In this document: positions 12,585-25,525 of the stretch, piece after piece | How positions within the stretch are numbered: the stretch's first letter is position 1 | Layout of the letters: every line of letters begins with the position of its first letter | DNA from: Eledone cirrhosa | Taxonomy: Eukaryota | Direction: 5' to 3' | NCBI GenBank assembly: GCA_964016885.1 | Contig: OZ024755.1 | Span: 23,932,001 to 23,996,000 of the forward strand | DNA: 64,000 bases | The notes under the pieces: model-generated | Databases searched by the model: none | What the model was told of the DNA's origin: nothing | The model's input: the letters and a program-made list of their open reading frames with translations, nothing else | Program-made: the position numbers and the translations under genes

Positions 12585-12860
12585 CCCGTAACTCCTGATA
12601 GAGTTGTAGGGGTACCGTATTAACATACGCTGTTTCTTGGGCATTTTCAGCCTGGCGGAGCCCAACCCTCTCCACGCCTGAGTACAGCAGATTTCTTCCA
12701 GAGAAAGATAGAAAGTGAGAGAGAGGGGAAAGAGATATAAAGGAAGAATTGACCCCAGTACTAGACTGGTACTTTTTTTTATCAACCTCAAAAAGATAAA
12801 AGGGAATGTTGACCTCGGCAGGATTTGAACTCAGAGCTGGAATGAATACCATAAGGCCTT
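12585..12860 (-). mobile_element. SINE family A variant with (TC)n spacer and alternative 3' tail
   Basis: Tail GTAACTCCTGAT..CTGGCGGAGC..CTCTCCA..TACAGC is also present at about 3500-3600, 18470-18575 and 48190-48245, usually adjacent to a family A body. Confidence 0.6.
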
Positions 12861-13331
12861 CTATCTGAAGACATAGGACATAGCCAAACTAAAACAGTAT
12901 CACAATTGTCAGCTTTCTTTCATTTATTAGAGTACAGGTCATATATCTGATTGAAGCAGCTGTTACACACGCAAGTGTAGATCACATTGTTAAAAGACTG
13001 GGCGATTGATTTCACCAAAGATGCTACAATCACGCAAATACGCCAAACCAACCTGTTTCTACAAAAACTTCTACTTTTCTGACTTAACTGTGTAACATCT
13101 GGCGCAGCGGCTTTTACTTTCATTGTCCCTTCTGTTTCTTACTAAACACACATTGAAATTTACCTCAATCCAAAACTGCAAATTGCAGATATTTCTTCTC
13201 TACCTACAATGTTGTTATTTAGCTCCAGATTAACCATCAACTTGGATTGAACAGACCTCTGATCCGTCATAGCATTCTAGCAATGACCATCTTGTCTTTT
13301 TAGGAGGTGTAAATACTACATTATTTAATGC

Positions 13332-13721
13332 AGGTGGGATTGGCAGTATCGGTAGAGGGTCGGACGCCATGCTTTCCAGCATAGTTACGTCCCTTTACGA
13401 TCTGAGTTCAAATCCCGCCGAGGTTGACTTTGCCTTTCATCCTTACGGGGTCGATAAAATAAAGTACCAGTAGTGCACTGGGTAATTGCTGGCCCTGTGC
13501 CTAAAGTAGAAACAATTATTTAATGCAGGTGGATTGGCAGTATAGTATCGGTAGAGCATCAGACACCATGCTTTGCAGCATAGAGTTATGGCCCTTTGCG
13601 TTCCAAGTTCAAATCCCACCGAGGTTAACTTTGCCTTTCATCCTTACGGGGTCGATAAAATAAAGTACCAGTAATGCACTGGGGTAATTGCTGGCCTTGT
13701 TCCAAAAGTAGAAACAATTAT
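13332..13721 (+). mobile_element. Two tandem SINE family A copies
   Basis: Two full units (about 13332-13520 and 13526-13721), each with A and B boxes and each preceded by ATTATTTAATGCAGGTGG. Confidence 0.88.
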
Positions 13722-14070
13722 TTATTGCATCTTTTACTTTTAAGACAGTATGGATATGATTTGAAAGAATTTGACTGCAATTTCTAGCAGCTCGAGCAAC
13801 AACATCGGTTGCCTCATTTTTCTCTGCAAGCATCAACCTGCATTTACCTCCCCAGTTTGGAATGGCCTACAAAATCAATGGCTACTGCCTTTATACTTGA
13901 ACTAATTAATAAATGAACATATAAAAATAAACCTTGTTTGAAAAAAAACAACAAAGGAAAATGTCTTTATACTTTAACTAGAATTATTTTTAACTAGCAG
14001 CCTAGGTTTATTAATATATAAAGTATATGTAATCACACGAATTCATTATATTTTGGACAATTTGCTTTAA

Positions 14071-14377
14071 CCTGTTGACTGCTGCGTATATTTTACACAG
14101 CTACAGTTGCTGTGCTGGTTATTTTTGTCAGTAAAATGACCACTATTTAAAACAAACATATATTAACGACACATATTTGAATGATTGACAAACGTCACAT
14201 CAATAAACTAGTAACCCCATCTAGCTTTGAAATTATAAACTGTTGGAAACGAGTTCATAACTTTGAAGTTATGGCTGTTGAAAAAGAGTTCAAACTTGTT
14301 AGGATGAGTTATCTCGTCTGTTGCACTGGAATGTAAACATGTTAGGACAAGTTATCTCGTCTACGGCACTGAAGAGG
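14071..14377. mobile_element. piggyBac-type non-autonomous element
   Basis: TTAA at both ends, imperfect TIR CCTGTTGACTGC / GCACTGAAGAGG, and two subterminal GA..AGTTATCTCGTC palindromes. Confidence 0.55.
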
Positions 14378-15344
14378 TTAAAAAGTTACTGATAGTGGTA
14401 AGAAACTCTCAGGGGAGATGGAAAGCAGGTCTTCAGAGAAGAAACCCCACTCAAGCTAGTGTTTCAACCCTTAACTTCTTTAGTTCACCTAAAAATTTGA
14501 AATTTATTACTTTTGTTTGAAAAAAATTCTACCATATTACAATCCTAATAGTACTAATCCTAAAATAGTCAAATAAAGCAGCTAAATAACTGTGGGAGAT
14601 GGAGAAAAGTTTGACAGAGGTGTTTGCAGACATCTCTGTCCAACTAATTCAACCATTCAAATAAATTTAAAATTTTCAAACTTGCCTAATTTCTTTGTAA
14701 ACTTATCATCAGATTCAAGAATGTTGATTTAGTAAAAATTATTGAATCCAAACCATCCCTGAGATGGTTCAAATTGAGTTTCATAAAAATATGCAAAAAA
14801 AATAATAAAATAAAATAAAATAAAAATTAAAAAAAACCTAAATTATATTTAGTTCTTACTTTTGCACAGTTTGCACAATTACTCTATTTTTCTTAACAGT
14901 TTTATCCCATGTCTACTGGGGTGCTTGGAAGTATACAATATTCTTATTTTTTTTTTTCTGCCAGGAGCTAAAAAGATGAAATTTCAGAAAAGAATTAATT
15001 GGTCTATGGAACCTACCTTAAAAAGGTGTGCCTGTATGCAAAATCCAAGTTATCTAGGTGCAAAACTGTGGCCTACAACTAGGAACATATGTTCATGTGT
15101 ATATATTAAGATTGTTTTCATATGCTTTATACAATTTTAAGTTACAAATCTATTGGTGAGGTGCAATCTTTACAGACATTATGAAAATGTCTGAACATTT
15201 TGAAAAATAAACTTGAATATTTTTTATTCTACAAAATAATTCTTAAATACATGAATAATTCAGAAAATTCAAACTAGATTTAGAACATGGAATATAAACT
15301 AGATTTAATGCTGTGAACATTAAAAAGTTAATTTGAATTATGTG

Positions 15345-15580
15345 GTGAGTATCTGAGGAAAGAATCGCTGGACAAATTTCACGGGCAAAATCAATTGGCA
15401 TGAGACCAGTGGTAGACCCCAAGCAAGATGGTTGTATAACATCCATGAGCTTGGCTGGTCTCACTTGGGGATCCAGCTGGATCAGTTGGAGATGGTTGCT
15501 TCTGACAGGACCTGCTGGACAGAGTGTTTGAGGACTGTGTCCCCACAACCCTCTCAGGAATAAGTGGGTGAAGAAGAAAA
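15345..15580 (+). pseudogene. RTE LINE 3' end fragment
   Basis: Degraded R..GRP..RW region; homologous to 48930-49170 and 27405-27530. Confidence 0.7.
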
Positions 15581-15982
15581 GGAGTAAAAAAAATATTAGT
15601 CAATAACTAATACTATAATAATTTTTCCAGCAAGTATTGGAGAGAATTCTGGAAAAATTTTGCATCACTTAAAATTTATCAGTGAAGCATAGCCTTCACC
15701 ATATTGCAAGTAGTAATTTGTGCATCGGTTGACATAGAAAAATATAATTGTTTAGAGAATAAATAACATGAAGACACAAACTATCTGTATGAAAAACAAT
15801 AGTTTTGTTGATGTTAACATTTCTAAGACAAGGAGTATTAAATATGTTAACTCGAAGTAATCAGGCAGTGAGTATAACTCTTTCATTACCATATTTCTAA
15901 TGAAAGACACAGCCTGTGGTTTTCTAATTAGTTTGAAAATAATAAAGAATTTGAAGGATTTAGTAATATATCTTTCTCATTA

Positions 15983-16165
15983 TTGGCAGTATCGGTAGAT
16001 TGTCAGACACCATGCTTTGCACCATAGAGTTATGGCCCTTTAAGTTCTGAGTTCAAATCCCAACGAGGTTAACTTTGCCTTCCATCTTTATGGGGTCGAT
16101 AAAATAAAGTAGCAGTAAAGCACTGGGATAATTGCTGGCCTTGTGCCCAAAGTAGAAACAATTAT
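15983..16165 (+). mobile_element. SINE family A nested in a TTAA-type MITE (about 15875-16312)
   Basis: Full SINE body. The flanking sequence matches the uninterrupted element at about 58913-59120. Confidence 0.7.
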
Positions 16166-17721
16166 TTTTTTGGTGCTTGGAACACAACATAACAAAGGTT
16201 CTTACATAAAATTATGATGGAAGGTTTTTACACAAATATAAACACTTTAAAACAAACGGTTTTGTATAATAGAATCAGAGGCGGTTTCATGTGTTTTGAT
16301 ATCAAAAGTGTTAATATTTGGGGGTGAGGTGTACAGGAAACAGTTCAGGACATGCTTTGGGCTTATCATAACCTCATCAGCAAAACAGATTTATTTATTA
16401 TCTCAATAATTCTATTTTTCCATACCAATTTATGTACAATCTTTTACATTTACTTAGTGATTCTTTTATCATTATTTTGTGAAGTGTGTGTCTATATGCC
16501 TTTCTAGTCATTTCTATGCACCAGCACACTTTTCCATGTCCTCCTCCACTTTCAGTCATTTCTATATTTCCTCTGCCTGTCACCCACCTTGTGGACTGTC
16601 TCTCTGTTGACCACTGGCCGCTGGCTTCCGTCCCTTGAGGCATTTTTGCCCATTGCTATCTTTGACAGCATTTAGCTGTTTTAGTGGCTGTTCTAGCAAT
16701 GAATTTTCTCATTTTTATATGAATACAATAAAGACTATTTTTTTACTGTTGAGATCATAATAAGACAAACAAATTGTATAGAGTTGTCCCATATCCTTAC
16801 TGAAAAAAATAATATATTAGCCATTGGCTACTTTGCATTCTATGCATTACATACTTTAACACTAACTTATATATTAGCTATATAGTGAGTATATAAAATC
16901 CGCATATATAATTTGTGAGAGTGTACATGCATGAGTGGTTATTTGTGTGCATGTGTGCACATGTTTATGTATGTCTGAGTATATAAATGTGACATTTTGA
17001 TTGCTATGAACTGACATTGGAAAACTAGTGTGCACTGGTGCATGAAAACACTGTAGCTATGGTGATAGCTTTTGCATATACACCTATAAAGACATAATAC
17101 ACTTGCATGCACATATTGGAGATAGAGACAAACAGAGTGAGAGAAAAAGAGGCATGGAAGAACATAATGTAATAATATCTCTTGACTAAAGTACATTAAA
17201 CATATATATAAATGATGGTAAATGCCTGCAGTCAAGGGAGATTTATGATAAACTGCTATACAAAAGTCAACAATCTTTTTTGCTTGAATCCATTATTTAT
17301 GTTCTATTTTCAAGATAATTGTGAGTGCAAGACAATAATTATTTTGTTCTTGTAGACAATTTTATCTATCTAGAACAACACTGTCATTTTGTTACACTTA
17401 TCTGAATACAGTCTTCTTTATTCTTTATTTCCATTCCAGACTGAGCTTGTTCATTGGTTCAACCTTGGACAATTCTAGAAGCATATTTGTTTTTTCCTTA
17501 TGAGAAAGAATTGTTAACTCTGCATTTGACCCCTCACCATTTCTAGTAAAAGGGAGGATATAAGTGTTCTTAGCCCTCCTCGAATTTTCTCACACTGTAA
17601 CATAACCAATTTCGAGAGAGAGAGAAATTAATCCCAGTACTTAACTGGTACCTTATTTATCAACTCTGAAAAGATGAAAGTTAAAGTTGACCATGGCAGT
17701 GTTTCAACTCAGAGTACAGAC

Positions 17722-18113
17722 ATCATCATCATCATCATCATCATCATTTTACGTCTGCTTTTCCCTGCTTGCAAGGGTGGGACGGGAACTGATTCTGGCT
17801 TGATTTCTACAGCTGGATGCCATTCCTAACACCAACCTCATTTACAGTGAGTGCTGGGTGCTTTTTTTTCCGTGGCGCCTACACGTCCACTTTACAGTGT
17901 GGGCTGGGTGCTTTTTTTCCGTGGCGCCTCCACAACCACTTTGCAGTGGAATGATAGGGACCCCAGTCCCTATCATCTCATTTCTACAGCTGAGTAAACT
18001 GGAGCAATGTGAAATAAAGTGTCTTGCTCAAGGAAAAACCACATCACCCAGTCTGAGAATTGAACTCACAACCTTTCGATTGCAAGGCCAATGCTCTAAC
18101 CACTAAGCCATGT
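17722..18113 (-). mobile_element. Composite SINE (family B head plus RTE tail), most complete copy
   Basis: tRNA head, CORE-like domain, 11-bp junction hairpin, two 48-bp units, GGAA.GGCATCCAGC motif and (GAT)n tail. Confidence 0.8.
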
Positions 18114-18173
18114 GATTCCATGACAGGCAGGACAAATTTTGTAAAGCAGTCATATCAAACTGAGAGTCCCCCA

Positions 18174-18274
18174 AGGGCCACATGGGTCACATATGTGTTG
18201 TCTGAGGGCCACATAGTTCACATATGTGTTGTCTGAGGGTCACGTGGGTCAATATATGTGTTGTCTGAGGGCCA
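18174..18274. repeat. About 31-bp tandem repeat, 3 copies
   Basis: AGGGCCACATGGGTCACATATGTGTTGTCTG repeated. Confidence 0.85.
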
Positions 18275-18589
18275 CAGACGACAATTAATTGCGCACATTA
18301 CAACTAATTTTGTTTATATTACGAAGATAAAACATGCTTGTGCTGTAAAAACATTTGTGCAGGGTACAGGTGTGCTTGTAAAGGGCTGCATCTTGTAAAG
18401 CATCTTATCCTATGATGTAACAACTTGCTTGGTTTGATGATGTCTATCTGGGTTGTATGTATGTACAGACCCGTAACTCCTGATGGAATTGTAGGGGCAC
18501 TGTAGTGACATACAACATGACTTGGACATTTTAAACCTGGTGGAGCTTATCTCTCTCCAGGTCGAATACAGCTAATACCCTCCAAAGAA

Positions 18590-18857
18590 AGAGAAAGAGG
18601 GAGAGGTGGGGAAGTGAGTGAGAGAAAGATAGAGAAAGAGAGAGCGAGTGGGGGAGAGTGAGAGAGAGAGAGCGAGTGGGGCAGAGTGAGTGAGAAAGAG
18701 AGGGAGGAGGAGAGAGAGGGAGAAAGAGAGAGAGATAAGAGAGAGAGGGAGAAAAGAGAGAGAGGGAGAAAAGGGAGAGAGGAGAGAGAGGAGAGAGAGA
18801 GATAAGAGAGAGAGAGAGAAAAGAGAGAGAGGAGAGAGAAAAGAGAGAGAGAGAGAG

Positions 18858-18903
<46 letters not shown>

Positions 18904-19083
18904 AGAGAGGAGAGAGAAAAGAGAGATAGAGAGAGAGAGAAAAGAAAGAGAAAGAGAGAGAAAAGGGAGAGAGAGGAGAGAGAGGAGAGAGAGGAGAGAG
19001 AGAGAGAGGAGAGAGAGAGAGAGGAGAGAGAGAGGAGAGAGAGAGGAGAGAGAGAGGAGAGAGAGAGAAAAGAGAAAGAGAGT
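18590..19083. repeat. (GA)n polypurine tract
   Basis: Directly visible. Confidence 0.95.
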
Positions 19084-19481
19084 AAATATAGCAGAAAAAT
19101 TAACCCAAGTGCTGGACTAGTATTTTTTTTATTGACCTCGATAGAATGAAAGGCAAAGTTGACCTAGTTAGGTTTTGAACTCAGGAAATATAAAGTTGGT
19201 TTGAATATCACAAAGCTCTCTATCCAAAGCTGCACTAACTCTGCCAATTCATTGCCTCTATATAGATTACAATAGATAACCACTGCATAACAATATCATC
19301 TATATATAAATTTGAGCAGCTTCTGTCCATCCGTCACACAATGTGTGTGTGTGTGTATTTGTGTGAATGTATATGTGTAAAAGGAAGGAAGGGGATGGTG
19401 AAAAAACTATAGCAAAACAGTGGCTGGTGTTCCATTTGCTATGCTGTGTGTGAGTGCATGTGTATTTGTGTGTTTATGTAA

Positions 19482-19519
<38 letters not shown>

Positions 19520-19768
19520 TTTTATTAATGTATGAGTGTGTTTGTGTAAATGTATGTCTGTGGGTGTGTATTTCTGTGTGTCTGTGTTTGCATGTTTATA
19601 TTTATATACTCGCACCTATAAATGTATGCATATGCACATACACATGCGCACATGTATACACATAAGCATCAGTGTGTTGAAAACATCCTAGTACAATAAA
19701 TTTTAGAAATATAGGGCATAAAGGATAACTGTTGTTATATGTGATTCTATACAATGTATTTCTGGGAT

Positions 19769-20050
19769 TCATCATCATTTTACGTCCGCTTTTCCCTGCT
19801 TGCAAGGGTGGGACGGGAACTGATTCTGGCTTGATTTCTACAGCTGGATGCCCTTCCTAACACAAACCTCATTTACAGTGAGTTCTGGGTGCTTTTTTGC
19901 CATGGCACCCCCACGACCACTTTGCAGTGGAATGATATGGACCCCAGTCCCTATCATCTCATTTCTACAGCTGAGTAAACTGGAGCAATGTGAAATAAAG
20001 TGTCTTGCTCAAGGAAACAACACATCACCCGGTCTGAGAATTGAACTCAT
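19769..20050 (-). mobile_element. Composite SINE (family B head plus RTE tail), 5'-truncated
   Basis: Colinear with 17722-18113. Confidence 0.78.
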
Positions 20051-20084
20051 TGAACTATTAATTCTTGTCAATTATTCCTTCAGT

Positions 20085-20395
20085 AGGTACATGGCTTAGT
20101 GGTTAGAGCGTTGGGTTTGTAATTGAGAGGCTGTGAGTTTGATTTCTCAGACCAGGTGATGCATTGTGTCCTTGAAGAAGACACTTTATTTCATGTTACT
20201 CCAGTTTACTCAGCTGTAGAAATGGGATGTGACGTCACTCGTGCCAAGCTGCATTGACCATTGTCTTTATCTTGGACAACATTGGTGGTGTGGAGAGGGG
20301 AGACTGGTATGCATGGGCGCCTGCTGTTCTTCCACAAATAAACCTTGCCCAGGCTTGTGCCTCGGAGCGAAACTTTCTAGGTGCAATCCATGGTC
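20085..20395 (+). mobile_element. SINE family B
   Basis: TGGCTTAGTGGTTAGAGCG head, GAGTTTGATTTC B box, TGTGTCCTTGAAGAAGACACTT domain. Confidence 0.8.
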
Positions 20396-20967
20396 AAAAA
20401 CTTAACATCAGTATGAGCAGCCAGTTACAACTGGTTTGAACAGAAAGAGATGAGAAAATTCTGGTCAGATACAGCCAGTTTAAATGCTAAAGGGTTAATA
20501 TGTCAAAACAAGCGAAGGCTTATATTTATGGGATTTTGTTGAGATATTCTACTCTTTCACTGCTTATAACAAATATTTGCTAATCTTCATATTAAACAGT
20601 GTTTAATCAACAGAATATAATTATATTTAATTGGCAATGTTGATTAATGGTCTGTTTATGGTCTGTAGTTCTAAATGCCCATGTTCCATGGTTGATTTAA
20701 CACAATATATTCCTATTTTTACTAGGTTTCTATAGCAGGTTGGAATAAGGTATTATAAAAACTAGACCATTCCTGACATGTTTGATCAGATATTACTTAA
20801 GTAGGGAACTTTTCAATAATGAATAACTAAATATACCTAACAGCAATATAAAGGATGATTAGATTTTTAATATCAATGTTTCCAATTAGTAGGAATAAAT
20901 ATATATATATGTACATATACTTACATGCACACACACATGCATATGAATATGAGTGTGTATAAACACC

Positions 20968-21237
20968 CCCACCGCAAGGTGGTCGTGGAGGTGCCACGGC
21001 AAAAAAGCACCCAGCCCACACTGTAAAGTGGACGTGTAGGCGCCACGAAAAAGCACCCAGCACTCACTGTAAATGAGGTTGATGTTAGGAAGGGCATCCA
21101 GCTGTAGAAATCAAGCCAAATCAGTTCCTGTATGAGCAAGGCATGGTCAGCTGACCAGACACTGCCCACAACAGGACAACCCGTCTAACCCATGCTAGCG
21201 TGGAAGAACGGACGTAAAACGGTGATGATGATGATGA
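20968..21237 (+). mobile_element. RTE 3'UTR-derived retroposon
   Basis: 48-bp units, GGAAGGGCATCCAGC motif and CCATGCTAGCGTGGAA..GGACGTAAAACG(GAT)n tail; nearly identical to 24309-24577. Confidence 0.8.
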
Positions 21238-21563
21238 AAGCTGCCCTACCTACTGCACTCCAGCACTCACATATGCCAACACACAAAAAATAGGACTAAT
21301 GTCAGAAATCACCACAAACACTATATTTTTTGTCACATCGTCAATCTGAAGAGCAGATTGATAAAGTAGTTGGGTCCATAACTCCTATGGGTGACTCTGA
21401 GCCAATCCTTTGCAAATCGCGCATAACTGGTCGATACATATTAAAAATCTAATATGTGTAAACAAAAGTTTATCTTTTTTATTTAATATATACACTCTGC
21501 CTGTGCATAGAGTGCTTGTTGTGGTACCACCACCAATAATTCACTGAATCAATTACTTACTCA

Positions 21564-21603
<40 letters not shown>

Positions 21604-21608
<5 letters not shown>

Positions 21609-21734
21609 AAGGAAGTGTGGTAAGGAACCAGGTGGACCATAATGCACCAGAGTACTCGATACTATGGGTAGTAGAGTGGGTAATAGGAAAAGGTTCAGGA
21701 CCCGGATGGCAGAGCTCACGCCGTTTTGACGGCT
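21604..21734 (-). mobile_element. Copy of the 1107 family (tail plus one arm)
   Basis: Reverse complement of 1175-1301 with substitutions, abutting (TA)n. Confidence 0.75.
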
Positions 21735-21805
21735 ATACTAATCAAACACAGTTTACCATAAAGGAGATGTAATTGGTAATCTTGATCAAGATTAAAGCAA
21801 TAAGA

Positions 21806-21861
<56 letters not shown>

Positions 21862-22349
21862 ACACACACACACATATACAGAGATAAATATAAATATACA
21901 CCTGTGTGCATGTGCAGTATCACAATAGAATTTCATCACAATTTGTTTTCAAATATAGTTATGCACACTCAGAAACAAAGAATATGTCAATTTGAAATTG
22001 TATTATGTATAGAAATGGCCTAAAGTTTGTCTGTCTATTTTTAGAAATGTTTATGATGGAGTAGTAATGTTTAGCATTGTAGCACACCCTGTGGCAACAA
22101 TCACTACATGCCACTTTATACAGTGCGATTCCTAGGAAACTACGTCTGTTGTGAAGCAATTACACACACTTCAACATAAGGAGTAGTGGTGGAACATTCC
22201 CACCAAAACCTAATGCAAAAGTATCAGGTCTGATATAGTTGTCAGAGACTGTAAAATAAGTATGTACAGTTATACAGGTCAGTTGTCCTTGTAAATGTGA
22301 ACATTAATTCCAAAATCAGTGACAACAACAATCATTCTAAGGCATTCCT

Positions 22350-22592
22350 TGCTAAAGAATGGGTTTCACTATCCTATGAGAAGCATCTCTATTTTGCCCT
22401 ATCATCTGAAACCCCACTCAGTAGTTTCCTGGCTTTAAGTTCCTCCATCATCTGTAGCAATGTTCTATTTTTTCCTTCCACATTTATTTCCATTGTTCCT
22501 GCAACCTAGTCACTTTCATCCTTCCTCAACACATGACCCAACCATCTCATTCCATTTCTCTTCACAACGTTCATCACTGGCTCTATTCCACT
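22350..22592 (-). pseudogene. RTE LINE 3' end fragment
   Basis: Minus-strand translation GIEPVMNVVKRNGMRWLGHVLRKDE. Confidence 0.75.
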
Positions 22593-24308
22593 CTGACTTG
22601 CCTCAAATTGGACAACACGTTTAACCCACGTTAGCATGGAAAAATGGACGTTAAACGGTGATGATGATATATATATATATATATATATTTACACACACAC
22701 ATGTATGTACATAAGATGTATACACAGATGATGAGAAAAAAAGAGAAAAAGATGAATTGTGAGAAGTATGTTTCCAAACTACCAGAATGTGATAGAATAT
22801 GTTGGTTCTATGATACTATTGTGGAAGCTACCCAAAAAAAATGTTAGCAAGGTATCACTTTCTAATTAAGTATGTCATAAAAAATTTTACATACAATGCT
22901 AATTTATGAAAGACGGCTCTGATGGAAAGAAGATAAGATTTTTCAAGATCTCTTTGCAGGAGAAATTACATGAAAGAGGAAGGTACCTGCAGCCAGTTTC
23001 CTTTTTATTCTACTTCTTTTGTTTTATGAAAAGATAATGGTTTTAGTCAGACATACTGCTTGTAGATAATTACTAATCACCAGGATTGCCAGGTCTCGCT
23101 ACTTAGAGATAGTTTATTGCAAATCCTGTGCAATTATTCTTAATAAATCACAGTTGTACTATATTTGAAGTTGATATACTTTGACATTTGTATGTCGGCA
23201 TGAGAAATAAAAGGAATTATTTTTAGTACAATATTTTCCTAATTTCTCTTATATATATTTTCAGTTCTAAATATAACACAATATTCATGATTTTTTTATG
23301 TGTTTGTTTGTTTGGTTTTTACTGTGCATATGAATCTTTTTAGGATCTTCAAGATAGGTGGAAGGGTGTAAAAGAAATTATTCTTAACATGAATACTTGC
23401 AAGAGAGGGCACTCAAAGGTGACAAATTAAGTCTATCACCTAGGGAAGCCATGGTGGGATTTGAAATCAGAAAGTAAAGAACTTGTACAATACCACAAAT
23501 AATGATTTCTGATTTAGGCACAAGGCCAACAATTTTGGAGTATAGGAGAGTCGATTAAATCAATCCCAGTGCATTACTGGTACTTTATTTTATCGACCTT
23601 GTAAGGATGAAAGGTAAAGTTAACCTTGGCAAGATTTGAACTTGGAAAGTAAAGAGCCATAACTCTATGCCACTAAGCATGTTACCGGACACTCTACCGA
23701 TTCTGCTAATCCACTGTCAGTAACCATTAAACAGCAGCTCTCAATATTTTGCCACCCATTCTCTCCATAAATCTCTTTTGTTTTCATTTTTCACTTTCCT
23801 CTCAGACCCAGTGCTATTAACATCACACTTTTTTTGTTACAATATATTGTTTAGGCTAATTTGAATGTAGAGACAAAAGCATGCATATGAGAAGCACACT
23901 TTTTGGCGACTGTTTTGAGCTGTTCTGGTCCAGTGAATCTGTAGCAGTTAGTGGCACATTTGTCAAGCTAGTTCGTTGATTATATTGTTCAGACGAGTAC
24001 AGATTCCAAACCATTACCATCAAAGAAGCTCCTGTATGCCTGATATTTGAGAAGTGTCAACAATGAAGCTAGTTCAATGACGCATGTTAGAAAATGTAGG
24101 TGTTGAGCATTATAGAGGGTAAAATAAACAGAAGAGAAAAGTAAGGTGAGGTAAAAGTGTAAAAATGAATTAAGCTGAGAAAAACAACAGGTTTATAATT
24201 AAGCAAAGAGATATACACAGATTTTGGCACATTTGTGTAGGACATATGTATGAGTAAATATAACTTCAAATATATGTTTCCTAAATCCACATCTTTGTTT
24301 ATTAATAT

Positions 24309-24577
24309 CCCCCACCGCAAGGTGGTCGTGGAGGTGCCACGGCAAAAAAGCACCCAGCCCACACTGTAAAGTGGACGTGTAGGCGCCACGAAAAAGCACC
24401 CAGCACTCACTGTAAATGAGGTTGGTGTTAGGAAGGGCATCCAGCTGTAGAAATCAAGCCAGATCAGTTCCTGTATGAGCAAGGCATGGTCAGCCGACCA
24501 GACACTGCCCACAACAGGACAACCCGTCTAACCCATGCTAGCGTGGAAGAACGGACGTAAAACGGTGATGATGATGA
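24309..24577 (+). mobile_element. RTE 3'UTR-derived retroposon
   Basis: Near-identical to 20968-21237. Confidence 0.8.
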
Positions 24578-24628
24578 ATGCTGTTTGCTTGTTTTTCATG
24601 TATGGGCATTTGTAGTACAATATGCTTG

Positions 24629-24661
<33 letters not shown>

Positions 24662-24663
<2 letters not shown>

Positions 24664-25273
24664 TCGAGAGAAGACTACGTTGGTATGGTCACGTGTTGCG
24701 TATGAAAGAAGACAGCTGTATAAAAAAGTGCAGGGCAATAAAAATAGACGGTAGCCACGGAGTAGGCAGACCCAGAAAAACCTGGGACGACTTGATAAAT
24801 TCCGACCTCACACACTTACACCTCTCCAAGACAATGTCACTGGACCGAGATCTTTGGCGCTACACAGTAATACAGAAGACCCGCCTTACCTAAGTACAAA
24901 GTGAAACCTACTACAGTCAGTAGGCACCTCTAACAAAATACACCCCCGTCCCACTACCCCCACCCATCCACATCACCCCTTTCAATGTAAAGTTATATTG
25001 GTACCACAACATCCAGTCCGAAAGAAAAAGGTTGTGTAGGTGTCACGACAAAAAAACACACAGTCCACGCTGTAATGTGGCCTGATAACACGGTAAAAAC
25101 CTCCCAGTCCACACTGTAAACGTGGTTGGTGTTAGGAAGGGCATCCAACCATAGAAAACCCGCCAGACAGTCCTATGCGAGCAAGACAACAACTCTTGCC
25201 TCAAGTGGGAAAACTCCCGTCCAAATCCATGCAAGCGTGGAAGATGGACGTTAAACGATGATGATGATGATGA
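24662..25273 (+). mobile_element. 5'-truncated RTE LINE: ORF end plus complete 3'UTR
   Basis: ERRLRWYGHVLRMKEDSCIKKC..GRPRKTWDDLI..DRDLWR..stop, then a C-rich UTR, 48-bp-type units, the conserved motif and (GAT)n. A reverse UTR copy lies at 37000-37420. Confidence 0.88.
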
Positions 25274-25284
25274 TATACATACAT

Positions 25285-25525
25285 ACAAATAAGTTCGTTT
25301 TGAAACAGCGAGCAAGTTTGAAAATAGAAATAGAAGCTTTCACGTATTTTTGACTAAAGAAATTTTAGCCTGATAGTGGGGTTTAGAACCCTCTAAGAAA
25401 TGGAAAAGGTTGAGTATTGATGTACATCAATACTCATCTTTTTCCATTTCTTATAGGGTTCTAAACCCCACTATCTGGCTAAAATTTCTATAGTCTAAAA
25501 TATGGCAGAATCTTCTATTTCTATT
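25285..25525 (-). mobile_element. Long palindrome element (about 100-bp arms) with tail
   Basis: Arms 25323-25423 and 25424-25525 are centred on TTGATGTACATCAA. Single-arm relatives lie at about 37470-37585 and 56900-57010. Confidence 0.7.

Noticed and set aside
18690-18929. Arg/Glu-rich ORF
   Set aside because: Translation of a (GA)n tract.
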